A stretch of DNA of 64,000 bases from a virus. The notes under the pieces were generated by a model. That model ran no database searches and was not told the DNA's origin. It saw only the letters and a program-made list of their open reading frames with translations. Below are positions 40,088 through 51,300 of this stretch, piece by piece. Location: IMG/VR virus record IMGVR_UViG_3300042887_003609, positions 1 to 64,000 of that record; one strand, 5' to 3'. Numbering within the stretch: position 1 is the first letter of the stretch; each line of letters begins with the position of its first letter. Made by a program: the position numbers and the translations under genes.

Positions 40088-43000
40088 TATCTAAATGACT
40101 TTAACAACTTATTATTTGCTACTTTAAATAGTAATTTAGAAGACCCTGAAAATAGTTTTCTAAGAAGAACTCTATTTACATAATGCCTAAATTTCTTTCT
40201 TTCAGTAGCCCCCTTATTATAATTTACATAACTTGAGTTAATATTCCTAATGTAACCATTGGATTCTACTAACCACATAGGTATAGGATTATTTCTATCA
40301 GCAGTAATATCCCAGAATTGATTGAATCTATATTTCTGTTCTACTTTAGAATATAGAATATCAATGTTAGTAGCATTAACTTGTGGATAATTAAGTATCT
40401 GATATGGTGATGTTGGGGTTAAATTAAGTTTTAAAGTACCAGACATTTGTTCTGTATTATAAATAACAGCTTCGTCAAAGTTTTGGGTAAGCTGATGATA
40501 CTTATTATTACAAGTTTCATCATATGTATAACACTCTAAAGCATACTCTACAGATCTAGTAGTTGTAACTTCCTGTCCTTGATTTTGTACATATTCAATT
40601 TCAAAAGGATATGGAACTCCATAGTAGTTACAGAATAAATCACATCTATCATTATGTTTCCAGATTTGATTATTTAAAATAGTTAGAAACTTAGACTTAC
40701 TTCCTAAAGTTAAATTAGGATGCCAGTCATGGAATGATATCCAGGCTTTAGCTTTTAAATCATATGATACAGTCCAAGAGGCATTTTCAAAATAGGTAGG
40801 ATTACCAAGTAAAACTGTTCCGCCATTTACTAAGTTTATAAACTTTCCGTCCTTATCATAAATTAGTTTATTCTTAAACTGGGGTTTAAGTTTGAAATCT
40901 CTTTTTAAAACATATACAATTTCATTATCATTGTCATAAACACTTTGACAACCTACTCCAACAATTGTATTATCTAGTAGATCAAAGTCTTGAAAATCAT
41001 TTAGAATTTGGTATTGTAAAAACTCATTAAACCACCACTTCATTCCGGTTTTGGATATGTCATTAAGACCAACTCCAAAACTAAATACTTTACCCTGGTT
41101 AGCTGAAATATAGAATACTCCACCTGGTGTATTTAAAACTGATAATCTACTTTGACAAGAACCATATTCTATTTCACTATCTACAGAAATAATATTTTGT
41201 AGAGGTTGACCGGTAAATAAACCACCGTCTCCTATAGTAAGTTTAGTTCCTGAGTTTAAATCTATTTGCTCAGTTCCTTGCATTAATATAGGACTTTGAC
41301 TTTCAAGCATTATTATAGCTCCTGTTCTACCAACAGGTTTCATAGCAATAACTCTACTTGAGAAATCATAATAGTTATTAGCAAGGAATTGTTTCCAGTT
41401 ATCTTTAAGTAATTCTTTTTGTTGTGGTAAAGAATATATTACCCTTTTTGGATAATAAATGTAACATTCTTCTGCTATACTTGGATCATAAGATCTTGCT
41501 TGCAAATTACCCCAAGATATAAAAGATGAATAATGCTTAACTAAACTTAATGAATAATCATATTTGTAGTAGTTTATATCCCGTATAACGTTAGGATCGA
41601 ATAAAGACTCATAATCAGTATAAGTATAAAAATCATAATGTCTTTTACCCCTGTCTTCTTCATAATCTCTTAAAGCTAAATTAATTTCTGATTCAACATA
41701 AAAATCTCTTATTCCAGAATTAAACAAATACATGTAAGCATTCTTAAGTATAAGTAATCCTGAAACTTTTTGTCTATCTAAATGAGAAAAATCATTTGGT
41801 AAAGTACTAGCAGAAAAACCTCCTAGTACACCTGATATAAAGTTAGTAGAATCAAACTTAGTAGTATTCATCCAATATCTAGGATAAGGAAGCATATTAT
41901 AAAGTCTATAATCATACTCAGTCCCATCAGGAAGATTTTCCATCCATTTTGAGAAATAAAAGAACGTATTCTTTTCAGTATATCTATTAATGTAAACATC
42001 CCCTCCAAAAATTACATCCGTTCTATCTTTTTGATTATATCCTCTATTCCAGAGTTGAATACATCCAACCGGTATTTGTTTGATTTGTTCAAGTTGTCCA
42101 TATTGATTATCAATTGCAACTTTTAAAGCTGCATACTTTGTTACAGAAGTAGATGTCTGTGAGTAATCCCAAGGTCTAGCATAAACATCTCTTTCACTAG
42201 CATCTACGGGTCTTACTCTACCATTCTCATTTTTTGCAATATTCTTTACTGTAAATAAAGTATTATCTCTTGTATCTCTATTAAGAGTAGTGTTGGTAGA
42301 AACTACAACTGTTTTTGCTCTTAAAATATTATTAATCGTATAGTCTTCAGTATAGTCTTGACTAGCTGATTGTAAATAAACAGACTTATCTAAACTACGT
42401 CTTCTTTGACCAATAGGACTATACTCAAAATTAGAATAAAAACCATGTGATACATACTGTAATGCATACTGTTGATATTTAGAAAAAGACTTGATTCCTT
42501 CCATAATATTATCAGTAGCTTGTACATAGAAGTATGTAAATAAAACACTCTTATAGGTTAATGTTAAAGCTAAACCTCCAACTAAAGCCAAAATTCCAGC
42601 ATCAGTAAAACCTGTTGAAGCACTTAGTGAACTTGATAAAGCAGTATATTTTGCTAGTAATTCTAGTTGAGCTAATGGACCACCATCTGCAGCATCTGCT
42701 GCTGTTCTTCCAATAGCTACTCCAGCAACTGAAGAAAGAAAGAAAAGTACATCTGTAGCTAATTTATTCTTAGAATGATTATCTATTTCTTTAAATCTTC
42801 CGGTTACTGCTCCAGTTAATGTACCATACACTTTTAATTCACTAGCAGATAAGAAAGGATTACGAAAATTAGTTTCAGGTGAATGGAATGAAAATATATC
42901 ATCTTTAACACCATCAAAAAGTATTACATCATCATTACCTGTAGAACTATCAAATAAATCATTATCTCTATAAGCACCACCACGGGTTTGAGTATAAGTC

Positions 43001-44832
43001 TTATTATTGTTTACTAGTTCTTTATCTCTTCCTAAGAATGGATCATAACCTGTATAGTTATAAGGATAGTTTACATACAATCCGGTTTTATTAGAAACAT
43101 CATTTGGAATATCATATTCTCTCATGTTGTTTATAATACCTTTTGCTAATATAGATCTATGACCTTCTCTTGAACCTCTTAAGATTTCATAACCTACTAT
43201 ATTAGTAATTGGGTTACCTTGGTTATCAACTGGAAACTCAATATTTTCAAATTCAACACCCAAGATTACAATTGTATTATCTGCAGGATCATAGTTTCTA
43301 ACTGTAGCTAAAGGACTTCTATTATCTCCATAGATTGCATCTTCTGGAAATTTATGATGTCTGATTGCTTTACCACAAAGTTCACCCCATACATCTGCTT
43401 TATTATCAGGATATCTTTCTGTAGATTCCCAATAACCCATATCACCAGATAAAACAACAGTACCTCCATCTTGTAATACAGAACTTGCATAAGATGTAAT
43501 AGAAGCTGTTGATTCTACTTTCCATCTTTGTAAAGATATATCATTACCGGCATCCGGTCCATTAACTAAAAATGTATCAGATGTTTTAGAAGATCTTCCA
43601 GGAATATGATAAGAAGCTGATTTCTCTCCTGTATTATATATCCATCTTATAAAGAATGAATATACTTCATCTCTCATAAAAGATGTTTTATTTCCACTCT
43701 TATAATAATACTCAGAAGAATATTTTACAGCTACCCACTTAGCTTTTATTTTATTAGCTTTTACTTGGTAATTAAAATCAAGACTTGTAGTTGGACCAAC
43801 TCTTACTAAATAGTTGTTCACTTTAAACATAGCGTCTGATTTTTCATACACTGGAGTTCTTAAAGGAATTAATTCAATAGGAACTGAAGGTAATGCATTA
43901 TCAATAAGATCTAAAGATACTTTATTAATATTAGTGCTATATACACCTATACTCTTTGCTACAGTCTGTTGATTAATAAAACTTATAATAACTAACTCAA
44001 ATTCATCATAGTCAGAATCTAAATTATCAAAATAAATATCTAAAGAACCTGAAAGATTTTCATGTGTCCACAATGGTTGCACATTAGATATAGTAATATA
44101 ATCAGTTACCTTAATACTATTAACTGTATATGCAATAGTTGCTTGATAAGATCCATTAGGTAATGAACCTAAACCCAATCCTTTTTCTACAGTTATACAA
44201 GGTACACTTGTTAATGTAGCCAATCTTAATGCGTCACAATCAATATCATTAGTAGGGATTGTAACATCACAATCAGGGTTATTATTATTACTATCAGCTG
44301 GAGCTGGTACTTGTGTATATGGTACACCCGGCCATTTACCAAAAACATTTAAGTTAGGCCAACTATCAGGATTACCAATATTTAAAGTTCTAGATGGATT
44401 TAAACCATCATCCCAATACAATTGCATTGAGCAATCAGCATTACCTTTTGATACACCAATGATAGGTTTAACTTTAGAAAAGTTTAACTTACATGTACTA
44501 AGTGAATCATTTACTATAGTATAGTAACTACATGTATCTTCTATAAACAATCCTATCTCAGAAGGTAATCCATCTTGAATAGTATGATTGTTTGTACTAT
44601 ATATAGCCCATCTACCTGCACTAATATATACCGAACCAATTATTTGATATGGTGCTTGAGTACAAAGTATATTACCTTGTTCATTACCAATAACACCTAT
44701 ATCACCAGAATCAGAATTATTAACAACATTTCTAGCATGTGTCCATTGTCCTTCTGAGATATAAATATCATTAATATCTTTATATAGACCTTTGTTAAAA
44801 ACTTCGGTATGTACTGTACTAGTGTTTTGCAT
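40087..44832 (-). CDS. Tail stabilization/muzzle protein (crAss-like)
   Basis: 1581 aa beta-rich; RDEVYSF, WTVSYD and WISFHDW patterns; follows tail ring genes. Confidence 0.75.
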   Translation of the reverse strand: MQNTSTVHTEVFNKGLYKDINDIYISEGQWTHARNVVNNSDSGDIGVIGNEQGNILCTQAPYQIIGSVYISAGRWAIYSTNNHTIQDGLPSEIGLFIEDTCSYYTIVNDSLSTCKLNFSKVKPIIGVSKGNADCSMQLYWDDGLNPSRTLNIGNPDSWPNLNVFGKWPGVPYTQVPAPADSNNNNPDCDVTIPTNDIDCDALRLATLTSVPCITVEKGLGLGSLPNGSYQATIAYTVNSIKVTDYITISNVQPLWTHENLSGSLDIYFDNLDSDYDEFELVIISFINQQTVAKSIGVYSTNINKVSLDLIDNALPSVPIELIPLRTPVYEKSDAMFKVNNYLVRVGPTTSLDFNYQVKANKIKAKWVAVKYSSEYYYKSGNKTSFMRDEVYSFFIRWIYNTGEKSASYHIPGRSSKTSDTFLVNGPDAGNDISLQRWKVESTASITSYASSVLQDGGTVVLSGDMGYWESTERYPDNKADVWGELCGKAIRHHKFPEDAIYGDNRSPLATVRNYDPADNTIVILGVEFENIEFPVDNQGNPITNIVGYEILRGSREGHRSILAKGIINNMREYDIPNDVSNKTGLYVNYPYNYTGYDPFLGRDKELVNNNKTYTQTRGGAYRDNDLFDSSTGNDDVILFDGVKDDIFSFHSPETNFRNPFLSASELKVYGTLTGAVTGRFKEIDNHSKNKLATDVLFFLSSVAGVAIGRTAADAADGGPLAQLELLAKYTALSSSLSASTGFTDAGILALVGGLALTLTYKSVLFTYFYVQATDNIMEGIKSFSKYQQYALQYVSHGFYSNFEYSPIGQRRRSLDKSVYLQSASQDYTEDYTINNILRAKTVVVSTNTTLNRDTRDNTLFTVKNIAKNENGRVRPVDASERDVYARPWDYSQTSTSVTKYAALKVAIDNQYGQLEQIKQIPVGCIQLWNRGYNQKDRTDVIFGGDVYINRYTEKNTFFYFSKWMENLPDGTEYDYRLYNMLPYPRYWMNTTKFDSTNFISGVLGGFSASTLPNDFSHLDRQKVSGLLILKNAYMYLFNSGIRDFYVESEINLALRDYEEDRGKRHYDFYTYTDYESLFDPNVIRDINYYKYDYSLSLVKHYSSFISWGNLQARSYDPSIAEECYIYYPKRVIYSLPQQKELLKDNWKQFLANNYYDFSSRVIAMKPVGRTGAIIMLESQSPILMQGTEQIDLNSGTKLTIGDGGLFTGQPLQNIISVDSEIEYGSCQSRLSVLNTPGGVFYISANQGKVFSFGVGLNDISKTGMKWWFNEFLQYQILNDFQDFDLLDNTIVGVGCQSVYDNDNEIVYVLKRDFKLKPQFKNKLIYDKDGKFINLVNGGTVLLGNPTYFENASWTVSYDLKAKAWISFHDWHPNLTLGSKSKFLTILNNQIWKHNDRCDLFCNYYGVPYPFEIEYVQNQGQEVTTTRSVEYALECYTYDETCNNKYHQLTQNFDEAVIYNTEQMSGTLKLNLTPTSPYQILNYPQVNATNIDILYSKVEQKYRFNQFWDITADRNNPIPMWLVESNGYIRNINSSYVNYNKGATERKKFRHYVNRVLLRKLFSGSSKLLFKVANNKLLKSFR

Positions 44833-45689
44833 TACAATCTAAAACTATTGGGATTATAACTTTTGAACATGTCATAGTATAAGTAGTTCATAGCTTTTCT
44901 ATTCATGTTCATCATTTTTTTCATTTCATTAAAGTCAGGAGTATTAACCAAAGACAATGCATTATTTCTAGCTCCTCTTAGTCTCTGTTCAATTAAATTT
45001 AATTTTTGAATTACTTCCTCACCATTCATGTATAAGTTCTCAAGAATCCTTTGTTTCAATGCATACTCATAGTATTCATTAATAACTGGATTATCAATAA
45101 CTAATAAGTTACCTTCTTCATCTTCTAAAGTACCTTGGTAGTTTACATATATTTTACCACTGTCTATATTTAAAAAGATATAACCATCTTTTAGTCTACC
45201 TTGAAAAGGAGATCTCCAAGTATAATCAGGGCAGTCACAAGATATTGTTTTAGAACTTCCAGACATTGCAATAGGAGCATTAACTTCATAAGTTCTTGTC
45301 TCATATTTTAATTTCTGAATAACTTGAATGTACTGTCCACAATCATTTATACATACAGAATTACATGGAGTATTATCAGGTATGTTTTCAAGTATTACAT
45401 CTTCTGTGTGTGTTCCTGACATAGCAGGTTCTTCTACTGTATATTGACCACATAACAAGACATAGTTTAAAACATAAAAATCATCCGGTAGTCTTACTTT
45501 CTTATTTGAAATATCAAGAACTGTTTCCTTAGTCATGTTTATTCTTAAACCCAAATCATAGTTGACCCTTTGTACAACTTTGATTAATTGCTGTGGTTCA
45601 ATCATATTCTCTAATGAATACATAGAGAAGTCAATACTGACATCCTCTAGTAACTCATCAAAAGTTTTGTATTTTAATTCTGTAAGCAT
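44832..45689 (-). CDS. Tail ring/tubular protein
   Basis: Position; LPDDF, G-x-I-Y-V-N-Y and DEEGNLLV patterns as in crAss-like ring proteins. Confidence 0.7.
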   Translation of the reverse strand: MLTELKYKTFDELLEDVSIDFSMYSLENMIEPQQLIKVVQRVNYDLGLRINMTKETVLDISNKKVRLPDDFYVLNYVLLCGQYTVEEPAMSGTHTEDVILENIPDNTPCNSVCINDCGQYIQVIQKLKYETRTYEVNAPIAMSGSSKTISCDCPDYTWRSPFQGRLKDGYIFLNIDSGKIYVNYQGTLEDEEGNLLVIDNPVINEYYEYALKQRILENLYMNGEEVIQKLNLIEQRLRGARNNALSLVNTPDFNEMKKMMNMNRKAMNYLYYDMFKSYNPNSFRL

Positions 45690-46360
45690 TAGCGGTTAAC
45701 ATTAATATTATCATCAGACATATCAGTAGGTATTTGCAACCTCTGCATTAAATCACCAATAGCCATTTTTTCTATTTCAGCAAATAGAAACTCTGGTATA
45801 TTTATTTGTTGGTTTTGTCTTTTAACACAACTTACTTTATTATCTCCAATAGTACTTACATCATATGTAAAAACACCTTCTATCTTTACGGCATCCCAAT
45901 CTATATTTGGAAAGTAAAGATATCCGTTTAAGAACCAAAAGTATTTGTTGTTATTATATTTAAAGCTTTTACTTTTACTCATTGATGTATATATACCAGG
46001 AGTTGTACCAAACATCTCAACAGATCCATCTATTGATGCAACTGTACGGATAAGTGGGCCCCAATAACCTTCCATAAAAGTAGGAAGCTTTTCTTTAGTT
46101 CTTTTTATTAAACACCCTGATTTAATACCAGCACAACAGGCTTCAATTTTATCTATATCAATAAGCTCTACACATGGAAGAGTTTGCCAAATAGAATTAA
46201 ATTTCATCAGCTTATTTGCTGAATCTTGTCTACGCATTAATACTTGTGCATATTTTAATACTACACTATATACGTATCTATCAGTAAGAAAAGCATCTTG
46301 CCTTACTCCTTTAACCTGGTTCTTTACACGGGATACTACCGTTTTAATTATTGTTGACAT
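45689..46360 (-). CDS. Tail ring/tubular protein
   Basis: CVELIDID...RTKEKLP...NGYLY...IEGVF pattern; position. Confidence 0.7.
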   Translation of the reverse strand: MSTIIKTVVSRVKNQVKGVRQDAFLTDRYVYSVVLKYAQVLMRRQDSANKLMKFNSIWQTLPCVELIDIDKIEACCAGIKSGCLIKRTKEKLPTFMEGYWGPLIRTVASIDGSVEMFGTTPGIYTSMSKSKSFKYNNNKYFWFLNGYLYFPNIDWDAVKIEGVFTYDVSTIGDNKVSCVKRQNQQINIPEFLFAEIEKMAIGDLMQRLQIPTDMSDDNINVNR

Positions 46361-46362
46361 GA

Positions 46363-46959
46363 CTAATCAAAATTAAATTCGTCATAAGTCACTAAAGAAG
46401 CCTGATCTATTACCTTTGGAGTGTATAAAGATAGATACTTTGGGTTCTTAGAAAATATTTTAGATACCTTTTGAAACTTCTGTATCTTTATATATTTCTC
46501 CCATTCTTCCGGGTATCTTTTTGCTAGTGTTCTTTTAAATTGTCTCACTGCAGAAAATCCCCAAAGTTCTCTATTGGTAAACTTATATTTATTTGCGTAG
46601 TTAGTATAAAAGATCTTAGCAAGTTTAGAATCAGATTCTAAATTGTTATGAGTCACTTTTACATCTAACTCCTTAGACAAAATATAATTGACGTTATGTT
46701 TGGTATTTGGTTTATCACATGTACCTATAAACATATAACCTAAGTTTTCAGGTAATGCAATACCATCCCTTTCATCAAGTACAGTTTGCCAAAGTTTACC
46801 GTTAAACATCTTTACAATTTTTTTAAAAGTATCAATGTCTAACTCTTCATATTCCGGGTGCTCTTTTTTAAATTCTTCAAAAGTTAAAGAGTTTAATAGA
46901 TTTAAATGTTTCTTTCTAAATCTAGGAGCGTGTATATCAGGTGCCTTGAATGACTTCAT
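46363..46959 (-). CDS. IHF/HU-like basic protein (crAss-like)
   Basis: Helical N-terminus then IALPENLGYMFI turn; usual position before ring genes. Confidence 0.55.
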   Translation of the reverse strand: MKSFKAPDIHAPRFRKKHLNLLNSLTFEEFKKEHPEYEELDIDTFKKIVKMFNGKLWQTVLDERDGIALPENLGYMFIGTCDKPNTKHNVNYILSKELDVKVTHNNLESDSKLAKIFYTNYANKYKFTNRELWGFSAVRQFKRTLAKRYPEEWEKYIKIQKFQKVSKIFSKNPKYLSLYTPKVIDQASLVTYDEFNFD

Positions 46960-46998
46960 TGCTTGACTACATTAATAAGATACAAAAAATTAGGGACA

Positions 46999-48186
46999 TT
47001 AAATAGCATTATAAATAAACTCTGCAATCTTACCTTCATCATAAGAATGTATATCAATTATAGCTGCCCGTTTGTTACCTACAAATTTATTATGATAATG
47101 ATAATAATCTGTTTTAGATAGACTTGGTAGTATCTTTAAAGTAAAACCGGTACTCTCATCTTCAGTAATATATTCTATAGTTTTCTTTTTATGATAGTGA
47201 CCTGTATATAGAGTTCTATATTTAGTAATACCCCATGCTGCTGAATTTTCAGTTGCATAAATTATAAGTGAATTTTTAGTGTTTGTATCACCATGTTCAA
47301 AAGCAAAGAAATTATCACCACATGTAAATACTTTTCTTTCATCATATTCTACATGCCAGTGAATATTTTCTTCTCTTATTGCTTTAGATAAGGCATGTGC
47401 TAAATGATAAGAAGATAATCTATCATGATTACCCGGAATATACACAACATGTAATTCATTAGCATATTCTGACATGTATCTAATAGAATTAAATAAAGCA
47501 TCAAATGCTTGCTTATACATATCATAAGCCATTGGATATTGACCAATTGGCGTACCGGATGTAGTAGTTCCTAAAAAGGTATCTACATTTAGAATATCTC
47601 CACCTATAACATAGTATAACTTATCTATATTATAGATCTTATCTGTTTTAGTTATAAGATTAACTACAGCTTCTGTATACTCTTCTGTTATATTATCATT
47701 TTCTATTTTACCAAAATGTATATCTTGTATAGATAAAACAGCACAAATATCTTCTAGATTATTTTTTTCTTTTTTTAATCTAGTTAAAGGTTTATAACTA
47801 GGATTATAATTTTTTAATAAATCTTCTAATAAAGTTTCTTCAGTTTTCTTAATTTGAGTTACTAAAGCAGAAACCAACCATTTGTCATTCTGTTGTTTAT
47901 TCCAGTATTGAGATAGTTTCCAGACTTCTGTATCAATGTTTAATAACTTAATGATTTCTTCAGGTGTCTTAGGATTTTTACTTGTTATACATTCTATCCT
48001 ACTCTCTCCTTTTTCTAAGTTAACTGATTGAGTGTAAGTAACTTGATTAGATGATTTACTAACTAATTCTTTTTTTAATTTAAGGTAAGTTTCTAAATCT
48101 AGATTTAATGATTTAGCACAATAGGCATTAGATTTTTTCCATTTTAATGATGCCTCCACCCTTTTCAATAGTTTAGTATTGTTCAT
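46999..48186 (-). CDS. Calcineurin-like metallophosphoesterase with N-terminal extension
   Basis: DIH, GGD, GNHD, HGD, GHYH motifs. Confidence 0.88.
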   Translation of the reverse strand: MNNTKLLKRVEASLKWKKSNAYCAKSLNLDLETYLKLKKELVSKSSNQVTYTQSVNLEKGESRIECITSKNPKTPEEIIKLLNIDTEVWKLSQYWNKQQNDKWLVSALVTQIKKTEETLLEDLLKNYNPSYKPLTRLKKEKNNLEDICAVLSIQDIHFGKIENDNITEEYTEAVVNLITKTDKIYNIDKLYYVIGGDILNVDTFLGTTTSGTPIGQYPMAYDMYKQAFDALFNSIRYMSEYANELHVVYIPGNHDRLSSYHLAHALSKAIREENIHWHVEYDERKVFTCGDNFFAFEHGDTNTKNSLIIYATENSAAWGITKYRTLYTGHYHKKKTIEYITEDESTGFTLKILPSLSKTDYYHYHNKFVGNKRAAIIDIHSYDEGKIAEFIYNAI

Positions 48187-48240
48187 TTTATGGGGTTATG
48201 GTTATACAATAATAATATATTTTCTTTAATATCTCTATAA

Positions 48241-48327
48241 AATAATAAACCCTGGATTTTAACCCAGGGTTTATCTAACCTCTAAAACCAACAAAAGAGA
48301 TTAACGAATGTATACATATATAATATA
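48241..48327 (-). ncRNA. Candidate small RNA 2
   Basis: Late-type TATATTATA motif (48319-48327), stem-loop with UUUGUUGGUUUU loop, then terminator-like hairpin. Confidence 0.4.
48246..48273 (-). terminator. Terminator-like hairpin
   Basis: TAAACCCTGG...CCAGGGTTTA perfect 10-bp stem; same stem sequence as 55674-55701. Confidence 0.7.
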
Positions 48328-48367
48328 GTATTAACCTCTAATATTAGCAAGATAAATTTTATTTATT

Positions 48368-51300
48368 TTACCAAGAGTTTTCCGTTAATTCTACTTTAGC
48401 TACAACCTGCATAGTAAGAGTTCCTCCTCCCACATACGTAGGTGCTGTGAACACCATCGAAAGTTCTTGTGAAGCCCCCGCTGTATATGTCATCAATGCC
48501 GTACCCGTAATAGAGCCGTCACCTTGAGTACCACTTGTTCCTATTGCAGTAATTGATGAAGTTCCACCAACTCTCTTGAATCCAAAAGTATTTGTTTCAA
48601 CCATGTAATCACCTACGGTTACTCCCGTTGCAGTACCACTAATTGCAGTTACTACGGCAACCCATTTAACGGTAACATTCCATGCACGATTGCTGCCTTC
48701 GGGAATAATTAAGTTTGTAGTACCCGTTCCATCAAGAGATAGTGTTAGTGTAGTACCCGTAGTTACGGAAGCACTTCTTCTTCTTGATACTAATTGAGAT
48801 GCTTGAGAGTCACCTCTATTTAAAATTAAACTACCATTTGCATGAGCAATTTGACCATATAAGTATGTATCACTTTGTAATCCGAAAGTTATAGAATAAA
48901 CATTGCGTGTTGTACTATTTGTACCGAATGAATGACTATTGTTTGCTTGAGCGCTTGCCCCATTTCCAATAGCAATTGCATAATTAGCCGCACACCCAAT
49001 ACTATTTTGAAAACCTAAAGTAAAATTTCTAATTCCACTGCTTGAGATTGTATTGTTATGCCCATAGGCTGCACTGTTTTCAGAAGATACTGTATTTTCC
49101 AATCCAAATGATGCACTCTCATTTCCACTAACTAAACTTCCCATAAAAGACGCGCTGTTGCGTGCATTTGCCCTACTATTACACCCTGCAGAAAATGAAC
49201 CATTCCCATTAGCCGTATTTAATGTTCCTCCAGCAATAGAAGCATAACCACCAATTGCAGTGTTTAAATATCCACCTCCAACAAATGAATAAACACCACT
49301 TGATGTGTTATAAACTCCCCCAACAATAGCACTTCTACATCCAGTCGCACTATTATTTGCACCGCCACCAACAAATGCTGTATGACAAGTCGCACAATTA
49401 TCTTGACCTCCTGATACCGTACTTTGTAAACCAATAGCCTTATTGTTTCTACCTCCACCAATTGTACTAAATACTTGTGTAGCACAGTTATTATTACCTC
49501 CACCAACAGTTGCCGCTAAATCACACGCTATATTTTCATAACCGCCTCCAACAAATGAAGAAGTACCCGTAGCCAAGTTGTTGCAACCTCCACCTATGAA
49601 TGCTGATATACAAGCGCAATTGGAAAATCCTCCCGCTATGGATGAATATGCACCTAATGCTCTGTTTCGTTCGCCTCCTCCAATAGAAGAATAAATACCA
49701 CAAGTTGCATTACTACGACCACCTCCTATAATAGTATTATCACCAATACTACTATTATTATTCCCTCCACCAATAAATGATGAACCACCCGACACAACAT
49801 TGCCTTTGCCTGAACCTAAAGCAGAATATGCACCACTTACAGAATTTGAATCTCCACCGAGAACAGCGGAATATACACCAGTAGCACCATTTCTAAATCC
49901 ACCAACAACAGATGCTAACCATCCTGCACCATTTTCCTGACCTCCACCTACAAACGCTCTTCCAAGCCCTGATGCAACATTACACACCCCACCTACTACT
50001 ACAGAACAATCGGTTGTTGCACAATTTCCACGTCCTCCACCAACAAAAGACGCATATCCTGTTGCTTGGTTACCACATCCACCAACTACACTTGAATAAA
50101 CATTAGTAGCGCAGTTGTTTTGCCCTCCACCTACTAAAGTAAAATTACAAGTTGCTTGATTTTGTTGACCACCTACAATAGCACTTGTTCTTCCCGAAGA
50201 TAAATTAGTTTGTCCTGCACCAACAAATGAGTAATTACCACTTGAAGTATTTCCATTACCCGCTACAATACCTGAATATTGACCACTTGCAGAATTTGAT
50301 GTTCCTCCAACTACAACAGACTTTAAAACACTTGCGTTGTTTAGGTTTCCTCCAACTACAACTGAACCATTACCACTTGCAGTATTAGATGCACCACCAA
50401 CCACAATTGAAATATATCCACTTGCACTATTTTGTCTACCCCCAGATATTGTGGAATAAGATGCAGTTGTACTATTTGACAAGCCTCCTAATATAGATGA
50501 AAAATATCCACTTGCAGTGTTTGAACTTCCTCCAACTACAATTGCTCTACTATTGCTTGCATTATTTAAACATCCACTACCAACAAATGAACAAGCACCC
50601 GTAGCCAAGTTGTTAGAGCCACCACCAATGAATGCCGATGTACAAGCGCAGTTAGAGAATCCACCCGCTACAACGGAATATGAGCCTAATGCACGGTTAA
50701 GTTCTCCACCTAAAATTGAAGAACAAGTACAACTTGCCGTATTGGATGCTCCACCTCCAATGAAAGAACGAGTTGCACTTGCCGTGTTTGAACTACCACT
50801 ACCTATAAATGAATTACACCCACTTGCATTATTACCTCTACCGCCACCAACAAATGCATATAAATTACTTGCCGAGTTAATTCTTCCTCCTGCTACTGTG
50901 GCAGCATTTCCACTCGTTGAATTAGCACTTCCACCACCAATAACTCCATATAATGAACTATTTGAATTACTATTACCTCCACTTATAGTTGATACTGAAC
51001 CACTTGCACAGTTACTTGAACCACCACCTATAAATGAACCAGCACCACTTGCAACATTGTTATTGCCACCACCTATAAAAGACCCATAAGTAGTTGCTCT
51101 ATTTCCACAACCACCTACAACAGATGAATAAGTTGAAGTGGCACAATTAGATTGACCACCGCCAACAATTCCAAAGTTGCCTTGAGAAATATTATATTCT
51201 CCTCCACCAAGATATGAAGCAAATCCTGTAGCACAGTTTATATGCCCCGCACCAATTCCTGAATACCACTCGGTTGCCTTCATGTTTTCACCACCTGAAA

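Noticed and set aside
5901-44757. Short ORFs nested in or antisense to long genes (e.g. 5901-6191, 9892-10185, 14947-15198, 35692-36144, 39268-39531)
   Set aside because: Fully overlap well-supported CDSs, show no motifs and many use non-ATG starts
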